Shown piece by piece: positions 12,198-24,308 of a stretch of DNA of 64,000 bases. The notes beneath the pieces are model-generated. The model saw nothing but the letters and a program-made list of their open reading frames with translations. It did not search any database and was not told where the DNA came from. Position 1 is the first letter of the stretch. Each line of letters begins with the position of its first letter. A program made the translations under genes and the position numbers. The stretch is from NCBI RefSeq assembly GCF_963921235.1, contig NC_086118.1, forward strand, positions 14,572,001-14,636,000, read 5' to 3'. This DNA is from Mobula hypostoma. Lineage: Eukaryota.

Positions 12198-13748
12198 AGA
12201 GAAGATGATGGATTCATTGTGGAGCTAGAGCAGATATTGGGCATAGAGTAATACAGCACAGAAACAGGCCATTTGGCCCAACTCACCCATGCCAACCAAC
12301 ATACCCAGGAACATAGGAATCGGGACATCATTTGGGAAGTTTTTCGTACATGGGACTGTGGTTATATAGAACAACCTTTTGGATATAAAACAAATATAGT
12401 TGCATGACATTTAGTCAAGTACCTGGACAGGGATGTGGGTCATCATAGGCAAGTGAGTTAGCTTAGGTGGGCATTATGGTCAGCATGGATGAGTTTGGCT
12501 AGACAGACTGTTTCCATGCTGTAAAATTGTGAACTTATAATTCATACTTGACATACTGGTGCAAGTATTTCTGAATGGGGGGGGGGCACTTCATTCATCT
12601 TCCCCATTTCCCCCAACCTTTCATGAGCCAAAGAAGTTGATCTCATTTGTGTAGGTGATCCTGGAACAGAACATCAATATCCTGTGCAGAAAAAATGTCT
12701 TGAGTTACATAAGTTAGCCAGACAAGTCCCCCCATCCACCAACATGCTGTCGTCAGCTGGCAAAGGTCCACCCTAGAAATGTGGACTGCATAAGTTTCAC
12801 AAATGCATCCGAGTATCTCACTTAATACGGTTAATAATAAAATATTAAAATAAGATTAACAACATTACAATTGATTTAAACACTTTCAACTGATTAGAAA
12901 CTTTACATAAGCAATTAATAAGAATGTAACAAAAATAGAGAATGCTGAAGAAAATTCAGCAATTCAGGCAGCATCTGCAAATGAGAAACTGTTAACGCTT
13001 TGTGCCTGCAACTCATTCTATCAGAGAAATTCCCTTAGTTTCAACATTTCACTACTATCCCAAGTAACTTATTTCTCTTTTTCTAAGGAAGGAAGGATCT
13101 TTCATCTTAAACATTAACTGTTTATCTGCACAAATGCCGTCTGAGTTGCTGAGTTTCTCTAACATTTTCTGTTTTTTCATTGGATTTCTATCATCTGCAG
13201 TTTTCTTTCTAAATTTCATCTCATAAGAATATAACTTTCCTTTGTTCTTTTCTCATACCGCTGTAACTGTTATTCAGATAAATGTGCTTTCGGATCCTAT
13301 ACAGATCTAAAGACAGGGCAGTCTGTGCAAGCTTCCTTCCCAGGGAAATCTAATAGCAGAGCACTATCACAGAATGGCTTTGACAGCTGGTGAGGCCTCT
13401 CACAATGCTCACCAGCTTTCAAAGGTGTTGGTTTTACTGATTCTGAATGTCTGACATTTGCACGCAACAAACAAGCAATCATCTCTTTTTTAAATAAGAA
13501 AAAATCTTAAAATAAAAATTACAGGTCGTGCTCTGTTGCTGGATTCTGAATCTGGATCAGAACACTGTAGGGATGTCACGGTCAGAATGTTTGGTTGCTC
13601 TGTGTTCATGCATGATGGACAATAATCCTGACAAACTGCAATTACTGCTGACATCTTCTCACTTGGTGGGATTGGCCCATGGTGTGATATAAGCTAGAAG
13701 TTAATTATATGCGGCATTTTACTCTGCTATGTCATGAACCGAGGCTGA

Positions 13749-15031
13749 GGCTACGTCCACACTAGACCGGATAATTTTGAAAATGCCGGTTTTGGGTAAA
13801 AACGATAGGCATCCACATCAGGTGTTTTTGAAAATACCTCCATCCATATTAACATGGGTATTTGGGTGAATCTCCTCCTACTGGGCATGCGCAGGACACA
13901 TCTACAGAAAACAAGTGAAGAGGAAATGGTATACTTGGTGCGCGTTTGTCCAGTTACAGACTAGAAAAACTTAAAAGGAAATTGCCAAACGATGGACAGC
14001 TGTTGGCTCTCGCGCAGGAGGACTTAAAACTTAAAAAAACAAATACTGGAGCATATGGAGGCAAACGACTGGGAGTTCACGGACAGTATGACCCGGCTGA
14101 CAACAAACATTGAAAAACTGACTAACTCTGTTGCAGAGGGATTTGCAATGATGAGGAATATGATGGCTCCCTCCCCCCGAGTACTTTTCACCACCACCAT
14201 ACCAGCCTCACAGCCACTACAATAGCTACACATACGGACACACAGGCCCCCGGGTGGCCCCACCAACATCTTCCCCACTCCCACAAAGGGGTCACCCTGG
14301 AAACATTTCCTACAGCCACAGTCTCTTCACTGTTGAAAGGGACAACCGCTACAACTAAATGCAATAAGGCTTGTTACTGGGCAAAAGTGAAATTTGCTGT
14401 TACCTCATTTGTTTGCCTTTACTTTTGCCAGGTCTTTCTGTATTATTTTGCTGTATTTAACATGTACAATAAAACGAGTTACTGGGCAAAAGTGATTTTA
14501 TTTTTACCTGAGTAAAAGTGAAACTTACAATTTTCCTTTTTAGGCCTTAACATTTTCACGTCTATGCCAAACATAAGCTACTACTTAAAAATGACATTTT
14601 GGAAGTAGTGACGATTGCATCTATTGCATGTTTGCACAAGCAATACATTAATAAAACACCTTGTTAAGTGTATAAAACATGTCTGCATCAGTGTTATCTT
14701 GTATTTCCATACAATGTTACATTAGGCTGTTACACATCTATTGTCAGATATTGTTGTTGTGGTCTTGGAGGTTGTGTCAAGAAAACCATGAAATGCCGCG
14801 CTGTCACCACCATCTGTTCTGGCACATCATGACAGCATTTTTAAAAAGCTCCGGTTACCCCGTACACACTACACCACCCAACCGGCGTTTTCAGATTTAA
14901 ACGCTCTGAAGAGCGTTTTAGAAAAGCTCCATTTTTGGGGGAGGAAAACGCCATTTCACTGTGGACGGAGGGTCAAAATGAAGAGAAAAAGCTTTGGTTA
15001 CAGATTTATCCGATCTCGTATGGATGTAGCC
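13749..15031 (+). mobile_element. PIF/Harbinger-like non-autonomous DNA transposon (~1.28 kb)
   Basis: TIRs GGCTACGTCCACACTAGACCGGATAA / TTATCCGATCTCGTATGGATGTAGCC; 3-bp TSD TGA on both sides; internal coiled-coil ORF remnant at about 13963-14170. Confidence 0.8.
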
Positions 15032-16159
15032 TGAGGCTGTGGACCTGCTCCAGCTTCATGTCTGAGGACACCCTTTCATTCTAAGTGCTAGTTGCTTTAT
15101 TTTATCGTTTGCATGATTTTTTTTCTGTACACTGGGCATTTGTCATTTTTTTTAAAGGCCTCTTTTGGGTTTCCTGTTTTGTGGCTGCCGATGAGATGAA
15201 TCTCAAGGTTGTATAATGTATACAGACTTTGATAATATACTTTGAACTTTGACATGCTATTTTTGTTGCGAAGAATAAATAGAGTGAAAATTTATTTATT
15301 TCAGCCCAGTTCAGTGTATTTCAATCGTTCATGCGTGGATATTAGAGAACAGTGACTGATTTCTGTATATGTAATTGTTAATTGAAAATAAATTGCCTCC
15401 CTCACAGTGCTTTCTTCAAAGTATAATGTCCATTTACTGTTGGCAAAGAAATTATGGTTTAAAACTGTTTTGTGACAGTCTATATGTTGTGGCAGGCTAT
15501 CCCACAACCTTTGGACTCACTTTCAAGGACTTCATCTCATCTTCTTGAAATTTATTGCATATTTATTACTATTATTGCTATTATTTCATCTTTCTTTTTG
15601 TATTTTCACAGTATGTTGTCATTTTCTCACTGGTAGTATGCCCAGTTAGTGTGGTCTGTCATAGAATCCATTATGGTTATTGGATTTATTGAGTATGCCT
15701 GCAAGGAAATGAATCTCAGCATTATATATGGTGACATATATGTACTTTGTTAATAAATTTACTTTGAACAAACCTTCATGATCTTATGTTGATTTGAGGC
15801 CAAATACTAAGTCCTTTAAAGAAAAATAAAATGCTGGGGATGCTTAGTAGGTGATGTAGGCTCAGTAGTGAGGACAACAGTGTTAATGTGTCAAGTCAAT
15901 GCCACTTCACTAGAAATAATCCTTAAGTATATTGAAATGGGGGAAATGCATAACAGCTAGTAATGCTGGAAAGATTCACTGCACCCTAGTGACCTTTCAT
16001 TGGTATCATGTCACATGATAACTTCCTCAGGCTTCATAATCTCCCAGTTTCTCTCTGCCTACTCAAACAGCTCTTCTCAAAAACAACATTATCTCTCATG
16101 TTGTTAAACACCCTGCTTCTACCTATAATTTTATCCTAGATTGACATTCTGTTTAATAA

Positions 16160-17912
16160 TTCTGTGAGTAAAATCAGGAAAATATAGAACTGAGTGAACT
16201 GAGAGCCAGAATCGCCTATCAGCGGGAAACAAAGTAATGTAACGTCTTGTGCTTTGTGGAGACATGGCTGACGGAAGAGATCATGCCAGAGCTTTCTGGG
16301 TTTCCCTGTCCAGGCAGACATGTCTAAAAACCTCTCCGGGAAGAGTAAAGGAGGTGGGGTATGCTTCATGATCAATAATGCTTGGTGCAACCCCTGGAAT
16401 GTGCTTGCCCACAAATCCTTTTGTTCCCCAGATCTGGAGTACCTTGTGCTGCTGTGTAGACCTTTCTGGCTGCCTAGGGAGTTCATGGCTGTTATTATCA
16501 CAGCTGTGTATATTCCACTGCAGGCTGATACTGACCTGGCTCTCAAGGAACTGTACGAGACCTTGAGAGTCAGGCGCTTGGAGACTGTACAACCAGAGGC
16601 TGCCTTCAGACACTTTAATAGAGCGGTAAATGGCTTAAACAATTACCTTCCAGTAGCACTGACTTCAACAGTCATGATGCGCTTTAAGTGGCTGATAGTG
16701 GACCACATAAAAATCTCATCTTCTAGCTAGATTGGACCCTTTCAAGTTCGTCTCCCACTCAAACTGGTCCACTGATGATGCCATAATCTTGGCCCTCCAC
16801 TCCGTCCTGCCCCGCCTAGAAAATAATGCCTCAGAGGCTGGTGAGTAAACTGTCCTCATTGGGACTCAATACACCTCTCTGTAACTGGATCTTGGACTTC
16901 TTAACTGAAAGACCCCAGTCAGTCCGAGTTGGCAGTGACATCTCAAGCTCCATCACGTGGAGCGGAGTGCCTCGCCTGCTGCTGTTCAAGCTGCTGACTC
17001 ACAACTGCACTGCCAGATTCAGCTCAAACCGTATCGTCATGTTCACTGGTGATACTACAGTGGTTGGCTTCATCACCAACAATGATGAATCAGCATACAG
17101 AGGGAATGTTGAGAGGCTTGTCAAATGGTGTGAGAACAATAATCTGAGTCTCAATGTGGACAAGATGAAAGAGGTGATTGTGACCTTCAGGAGGACACAG
17201 GTCAACTACTTTCCATTGCACATCAATGGCCCTGCTGTGGAGAGCAAAGAACACAAATGGACATAACGGACAATCTAAACGGGACCCAAAACACCACCTC
17301 ACTACTCAAAAGGCACAGCAGCATTTACACTTTCTGAGGAGATTAAGATGTGCAAGGCTTCCCACCCTATTATAACAACGTTCTACAGGAGCACCTTTGA
17401 GGGTGTCCAGTCTGGCTCCATCATTGTGTGGTATGGGAAGCTGCTTGACATCAGACCGCAAGATCCTACAGAGACAGTAAAAACTGTTGAGAAGAGCATT
17501 GGGGTCTCCCTCCCGCTTATTTGTGACATTTCCTGGGAGTGTTGCAGATGAAGGTACCAAAGCATTGTTGACGATGTCTGCCACCCATCCCACTATCTCT
17601 TGGACCCATTTCTGTCAGGGAGGAGATAGGACTAGGACTGCCAGACTGGGTAACAGCTTCTTTCCTCAGGCTGTCAGACTAATGAATACCCTGCCATGAC
17701 CACGGTCTTGTCACTGGGACAGCGAGCTGTTTACTGTTTATTGTTTACCTGTGCTGTGCTTTACTACATGAACTTTGAATTGCATTTTATTAACTTCTTC
17801 ATAGTATAATATTTTGGTTTATGTGCTGTGTGGGCACATAGTGATCTGGAGGAACATTGTTTCATTTATTTGTGTATATGTACAATCAGGAGGCAATAAA
17901 CTTGAATTCAAA
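16160..17912 (+). mobile_element. Rex1/Babar LINE, internally deleted (endonuclease, RT, 3' tail)
   Basis: 'SGKSKGGGVCFMINNAWC...CSPDLEYLVLLCRPFWLPREF...AVYIP' and '[25 protein letters not shown]...DTTVVGFI...[15 protein letters not shown]'; tail 'aataaacttgaattcaaact'. Confidence 0.9.
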
Positions 17913-17936
17913 CTTAGGGGCAAACTTGTACTGCTT

Positions 17937-18132
17937 ATCGCAAACAAGAGAAAATCTGCGGATGCTGGAAATCCGTGCAAGACACACAAAATGCTGGAGG
18001 AACTCAGCAGGCCAGGCAGCATCTATGGAAAAGAGTATTGTCGATGTAAGTCCTGCTGAAGGGTTTCAGCCGGAAACATTGACAGTACGCTTTTCCATTG
18101 ATGCTGCCTGGCCTGCTGAGTTCCTCCAGTAT
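17937..18132. mobile_element. Penelope-derived palindromic insertion with an 11-bp TSD
   Basis: Arms GCTGGAGGAACTCAGCAGGCCAGGCAGCATC / GATGCTGCCTGGCCTGCTGAGTTCCTCCAG; TSD TTGTACTGCTT at 17926-17936 and 18133-18143; variant hammerhead core at 18050-18083. Confidence 0.8.
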
Positions 18133-19099
18133 TTGTACTGCTTGCGATGTGGTCCCTTTGAGATCAAGCAAAGTTGAGCTTATTGTCATCTGCACTAGTA
18201 CAGGTGCAATGAAAGTTGTACACTGTAGTAGTATCATGCACACAGATACACAGAATGTAAATGATTCAAGAGAGTGAAGAGGGAGGAAAAGAGACAAGAT
18301 GTTGGTACAAGGTAAAGACACAAATCAAAGACAAGTTCTTGGTAGTGCAAGAGATGATCCATACAGTGCCTTTTTTGAGGTAGGGTTAGGGTTCTGCAGT
18401 ATCATGAATATCATGGTTTTGGGAAAATAGATACTCCTGAACATGGTGGTGTGACACTTCATGTGGCTGGTCTGTTTTCATCGAGGTGACAAGTTTGTTA
18501 AACTCCATTACTGCTAGTTATTTCAGCAGAGTAGTTCTGGCACATTTCCACATAAGCACAAGCCAGGACTCTATAGATAGCAATCACTGATAATAATCAG
18601 CAGGACAGGGAGCAACTATGGAGAAAGAAACAGTGTGAGAATTGCTTGGATGATGACATCTCATCAGAAATGGGAAAAGGTAATAAGGTAACAGGTTTCA
18701 AATACCTACTGGGAACATGGAGGAAGAGGGGTTAAAAACAAGAGTGAATCTCTGTGAAAAGTTGTAAGGAAGGCAATATTAGACAATTATGCAAACTTAG
18801 CTGTCAGTGTGAGTTGAAACAGGGGACATGGAATGTGAAAAATTATAAACAATTCTATTCTGGTAAATTTATGAACCTTCTGAGATGCTAAAGGGCCATG
18901 TATGTGAAATCTGAGAAGGTTGACATTTAGTTAGAACTAGTAGTTTGGAACACAAAGAGTACCTTTGCCTTTATACTTGTTTTCAAGAAATCTTGCAATG
19001 AAGAAGTCTTCCTGAAATTTAGATAGGGTACCAATGAGGCCATATCTAGAATATTAAGTATGGGTCTGATCACCAAAGAGATGAAAGATCTAAAGAATA

Positions 19100-19410
19100 G
19101 CTTTATTTGTCATATGTACATCAGAACATACAGCAAAATGTGTCACTTGCATAAAATCAAATTAAATTAACGAGGAATGTGCTGGGCAGCCCACAAGTAT
19201 CGCCACGCTTTCAGCATCAGCATAGCATGGCCACAGCTCACTAACTCTTACCCATACTTCTTTGGAATATGGGAGGAAACCGGAGAACCCAAAGGAAATC
19301 CACAGAGTCATGGGGAGAATGTATAAACTCCTTACAGACAGTGAAGGGAATTGAACCATGATTGTACAGATAGTGCTGTTTAGTATTACGGTAACCATAC
19401 GCTGCCATGT
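19100..19410 (-). mobile_element. tRNA-derived SINE (V-SINE/HE1-like)
   Basis: Reverse strand shows B-box GGTTCAATTCC followed by 'ctgtaaggagtttatacattctcccc...gtggatttcc...ggtttcctcccat'. Related copies at about 26245-26460(+), 29050-29790(+, interrupted) and 42880-43255(-). Confidence 0.65.
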
Positions 19411-19499
19411 CGCCATACCAAAGGAGAGGGAAAATTGTGATAGGAAAGATGGGCCAAATTGATTCCTTGGTTGGAGGATTGGCCAGTGTGGAATAAGCA

Positions 19500-20059
19500 T
19501 GCCATGGTCCGGTGCGTTAACTACTCATTTAAGTTAATTTTCTTTTCCCCGTGTTCCACCGGGCTCCTTGATTAGGGCACCTGATCTTCATCCAAACTGG
19601 CAGCATAAAAACCCCGTCTTACAGCTACTTGGGGCTGGTCCGTCACCGTAGCTAGGGCGGCAATGAATGTTCCGAGCCTCCAAGAATAAGGGACCGTCTT
19701 CCGAGCCGCCAAGAATAAAGGACTGTCTTCCGAGCCGTCTCGTGTCCAGCTGAGTGTTGCCGGCCATTTTGCCGCTGCTCCGAGCCGGGATGTGAGTAGT
19801 CTGTCGTTGTTTGTTTTTGTCGTCTCGTGTCCAGCTGAGTGTTGCCTGCTGTTTTGCCGCTGGTCCGAGCCGGGATGCGAGTAGTCTGTCGTTGTTTTGT
19901 TTTGAAGGCTCCGAGTCCCAGTCCAAGTCAAGGCTCTGAGGCCCAGTCCGAGTCAAGGTTTCGTGCCCAGTCAAGGCTTCAGGTCCAAGTCATGTCCAAG
20001 TCCGTCTCCATGCCTGTGTCCTGCACTTGGGTCCGCTTCCTCAGCCGTCCATTGCAACA
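19500..20059 (+). mobile_element. Solo LTR (560 bp) with a 5-bp TSD
   Basis: TG...CA termini (TGCCATGG...TTGCAACA); AAGCA at 19495-19499 and 20060-20064; CpG-rich with an internal duplication of about 86 bp. Orientation inferred. Confidence 0.85.
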
Positions 20060-21389
20060 AAGCAATTTGGAGAGCAATGAGATGTTGTTTCATTGAGGTA
20101 TAGAACATTCTAATGGAGCTTGACAGGGTAGGGGCAGGGATATTACTCCCTTAGCTGAGGTGTCATGGACACTGTCCCTAAATGAGCTGTCCCTCCCAAG
20201 ATGATCATCAGATGTCAGAAATGATCCACATGATGGCAAAGGAAGGATGGACATAGACAGAAAATTCAATGAATTCTTCCATTTCAGTGCAAGAGTGGGG
20301 AAAAGGTAACAAGCCATCAGTCCTTTGGAATGAAGTGTAGGAGGTAACCCAAATAAGACAGGTTTAAACATATTCCACAGAGAGGCAGAGATATCATGGC
20401 CACACATAAGTTTCCACAACAAAACTTAAGAAATAATCCCTTTGGCATCGTAAGAAGGTAAGGGAGGGAAGCTGTATTTAACAATTTTTATAGGGAGTGA
20501 TGGTGTTTCCTCCTGGAAACTGGGCTTGTTTTACCAAAATATAGGACTTGACTCTGCAGTTACATGGATTTCCCGTCGTCTGACACAGTAATTGGGTAAA
20601 GAGCTGCATGAGCGGATACTACCCTTGCATTTGCTTCTTGTCATTTTAACCCACATTCTGGATCTGAAAGTGAGATAAAATTGCTGGTTTAGATAATTAA
20701 ACATCAGAAAGTTGTGTGTCTTGAGGGAATAGTTGGTTCCTTTTGTACTTATTAAGGAAGTGGAGCGTGAATCCTTAGATTTCTGTAACACAAACAGTAC
20801 CTCAGTTTGATCTTAGCCACTGTGTAAATAATGTGTGGGTTTACCGTTGTTTTGGGACATAGCTAACTTGCAAGAGAAACATAGAGCTTTAATCATTTTG
20901 TATACTTTAATTACAATGCTGCATGGAATCAGTATTTAATATAAAAGTAAAAATTACTGGATGTGCTCAGTAGGTGAGACAGCATTTGAAGAGAGAAATG
21001 TTTTAGCTCATTGGTTTGAGGTATGGAATTATTCCAGCATTTTCTTCTTCCAGCCAGGCTACCTGCATTTGTAGTTCTTTTCTCTTACTAGAATACTTGT
21101 TTGTGGTGATGATGACAGAAATAAGTTTCACCAGTAGTATTCCATTTCTTTTCCACTCTTCCACCAGTACAGGCTTGCATATTGGGTGGTGAATATAATA
21201 ATCCTTTAACTTAATGTATTGGTCACACTATGTATGAACCTTGCCCACAGGGCTATGCTCTTCCCTGTTTTATGCCCATCCTTCTGTGAGCTCCCCGCCA
21301 GGAGTGTCAAGTCTGATTGTCCTTCACTGTTTTACTGCACAGTCCTTGGTTGTTCATATGCTTCAGATGAGCCCATTTTCATTTTGCAC

Positions 21390-21725
21390 AAAACCATAAG
21401 GTATAGAAGCAGAATGAGGCCATTTGGTTCATCGACATTGCTCTGCCATTTTATCATGGCTGATGCATTTTCCCCTCAGCCCCAATCTCCAGCCTTCTCC
21501 CCCTCCCCCTTCATGCCATGACTAATCAAGAATCTATCAACCTGTGCCTTAAATTTATTCAATGACTTGGTCTCCACAGCCACCTGTGGCAACAATTTCC
21601 ACAGATTCACCACCCTCTGGCTAAAGAAATTCCTCCTCATCTCTGTTCTAAATAGATGTCCCTCTATTCTGAGTCTATGTCCTCTGGTCTTAGACTCTCC
21701 CACCACAGGAAATATCCTCTCCCCA
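21390..21725 (-). mobile_element. CR1 LINE 3' end
   Basis: 'ESKTRGHRLRIEGHLFRTEMRRNFFSQRVVNLWKLLP' (ORF 21476-21763) plus the CR1 3' UTR. Confidence 0.9.
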
Positions 21726-21934
21726 TTTTCAACCAATGCTTCATGCATGGGATGGAAACCCACTTGTTTTTTACCTCATAAAGGGAATGAGACCAATTAA
21801 GACCTTCTGCTACTCAGTATTAGTCAATTAAAGCAGCACAAACCATAAATGAACCTGTCGTCATTGGTTCAGTTCTTACCCCTGGATATTTTGTGGCTAC
21901 CTCAAGTCCCACATGTTCTTAAAGGGGGCACTGT

Positions 21935-22290
21935 TGCTGTTGTGCATTGTTCGTTCATTAGTTATGTCCCATATCACAATGATATGTGTGATCATGGTCT
22001 TTCCTACTTTCTACAGAAATGGTTTGCCATTGCCTTCCCCTGGGAAGCATCTTTACAAGACGGGTGACTCCAGCCATTATCAATACTCCCTCCAGAGACT
22101 GTCTGCCTGGCATTGGTGGTTGCATAACCAGGACTTTTGATACGCACCAGCTGCTCATAGGCCTGGCCACCACCTGTTCCCATGGCTATATGTGACCCTG
22201 ATTGGCTGGAGGAGGGCTAAGCAGGTGTTACACTTTGCCCAAGGGTGACTTGCCTCCTTTGGTAGAGACGTATCTCAACCCTGCCACCCG
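21935..22290 (-). mobile_element. RTE/BovB-derived short element
   Basis: Reverse strand carries the BovB-like motif GAAGGCAATGGCAAACCA and a short (TGAAC)-like tail; a second copy lies at about 43885-44235(+). Confidence 0.55.
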
Positions 22291-24076
22291 CTGACCTCAG
22301 CTTTTTCCAAAGGGTAAAGGAGATGTACCACGAACAGTTCGCAATGCTTTGTCTGAGCGTGCTGCAGGTTGATGTCAGTCAGATGGACACTGGCTTATTT
22401 TTGAGCATCTGGTGCACACTGTTCCTGAATGACCATCATCTGCTGATAACAGGGCATGGTCACAGGCATCCTCTCCAAGTAATGCTAGGATGATCCTAGG
22501 TCCAAAAGTAATGTAATTAACTTGAAGATGTATATACATCTCGTATTTTGTTGTATGAACCTATATGCTTGTGATGCTGCTGCAAGTAAGTTTTTTACTG
22601 GACCTGTATCTCACCTACTAGAGCACATAACGATAAACTTGCCTGGAAATCCAACCCTCATTGCCACGAATTGAGCAATAATACTACAGTGTTGAAGAAG
22701 ACATGCGGTTATTAAGCTGGAATATCAGATTGATACCTAAGTGTGCCGTGAGCAGTAGGAGCACTGAGCTGCTTGAACATATCATGTGTGCATATTCGTT
22801 CTTCTTAAACTCTGACCACTGTTCAATCTAAAAGAACCATTCATCGATCATCTAGTAGACCAAGCAAGGGTGTCCTCATCAGTTCCATTTCTCAGCCAGT
22901 GGAAACTAGTTAGTTAGGAATACAATTCTTATTATTTACCGGGATATTGCAAAGAATTGTAGCAAAATTACTGACACAAGAATGACGTACAGCGAAGAAT
23001 TGAATTCTGGCTGACCAACTTATGTCTTTTGCCCTTTATTGGAAGTAATACCTTTTCCATTTGATCCGTATGAATATTTTTGTTTGAAATATAAAGCACC
23101 TGAAGCTACTTTTTTTGTTTGGTATATTGGTTTAATCCAAATCAGCCAAAATACTACCTATGTTAATGAAATCTGATCATCGAGCACCTATGGACAACCG
23201 ATTTGATTTGCAGTATGGGCAAAAAGATACCTTTGTGTTTCCTGTTGAGGAGGTAACCCTCTCAAGAGGTGTAAGTAAAGGCAGGAGACAATTAGTAACC
23301 TTAAACCACCTTATTTGGTCAAACCTGCCTTTGTTTGGTTTGAGTGAAATTTAACCTAATTGACATTTTTCTGTGTATTTAATTGCTCTGATATGGTTTA
23401 CAAAGCAGAATTTTGTTCTAGTGTCTGATAGCAAGCTCGCAAGAGATTTACACTGAAATTGATCAGATGGAAATGTTGCTTTTGAGAGGTTTCTGAACTC
23501 CTACAATTAACTGGTGAGCATTCTCTTTACCCTCTAGGATTTCTTTCTTTTTCACTAGTGGCTTCTCCCAGCTGTTGCCATTGTCCTTTGACACAGAGTT
23601 TTAATTATCTGCCAACTTCTTTGTCCGTGGGAGTCACCTTTCCTCTGACTCTCTTCAAAGTTTGCTGTCCGCTTGATAATAACTCCTCAGCAGATCGGAA
23701 TTTTTTTTCAGATCAGTCTCAGCTCTGGAATGACAGTGACTGGGAAATGTAGACTAATATACTGTATGTCTAAGTTCCTTTGATATATATGGGCACTCTG
23801 CTTGTTTTGTTGCCTAGCAGTAATGTGGCTATTTGGAACACAGGAAATCAATTTCCAAGCGTCAGTTTGGAGATGGAGCAGAAGCAACAATGCAGATTTC
23901 AAATCTGAAAAGATTAAAATAAAAGGTGCAAGGTAAAGAAATGGTCATGAGTGCAGCATACAAAATCTTAGCTCAAAGTGAGGTGAACTACATGTTTACT
24001 CTGCAATTTCAAAATCAAAAAGTGTCAACCTTTAAAGTGGGGACAAATGATTTGAAAGCTGATTGAAGAAGATTTG

Positions 24077-24308
24077 CAACACTTATGAAATGCTGAATGA
24101 ATTTATCAGGCCAGGCAGCATCGATGGAAAAGAGTACACAGTCCACATTTACTCTTCATTAGAACTCAGCCGAGACCCTTCAATAGGACTCAACCCAAAA
24201 CGTCGACTGTTTAATCTTTTCCATACATGCTGCATGACCTGCTGAGCTCCTCTAGCATTTTGTGTGTGTTGCTTGGATTTCCAGTGTCTGCAGAGTTTCT
24301 CTTGTTTG
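24077..24308. mobile_element. Penelope-derived palindromic insertion with a 13-bp TSD
   Basis: Same arm sequence as 17937-18132; TSD TGAAGAAGA(T/C)TTG at 24064-24076 and 24309-24321; partial hammerhead remnants at the centre. Confidence 0.75.

Noticed and set aside
13963..14170. Coiled-coil peptide as a myosin exon
   Set aside because: It lies within a TIR-bounded transposon, is frameshifted and has no myosin motifs.
20200..20790. Possible L1/Tx1-like 3' remnant on the minus strand (similar hint at 40520-41240)
   Set aside because: Too degraded to support a family call by eye.
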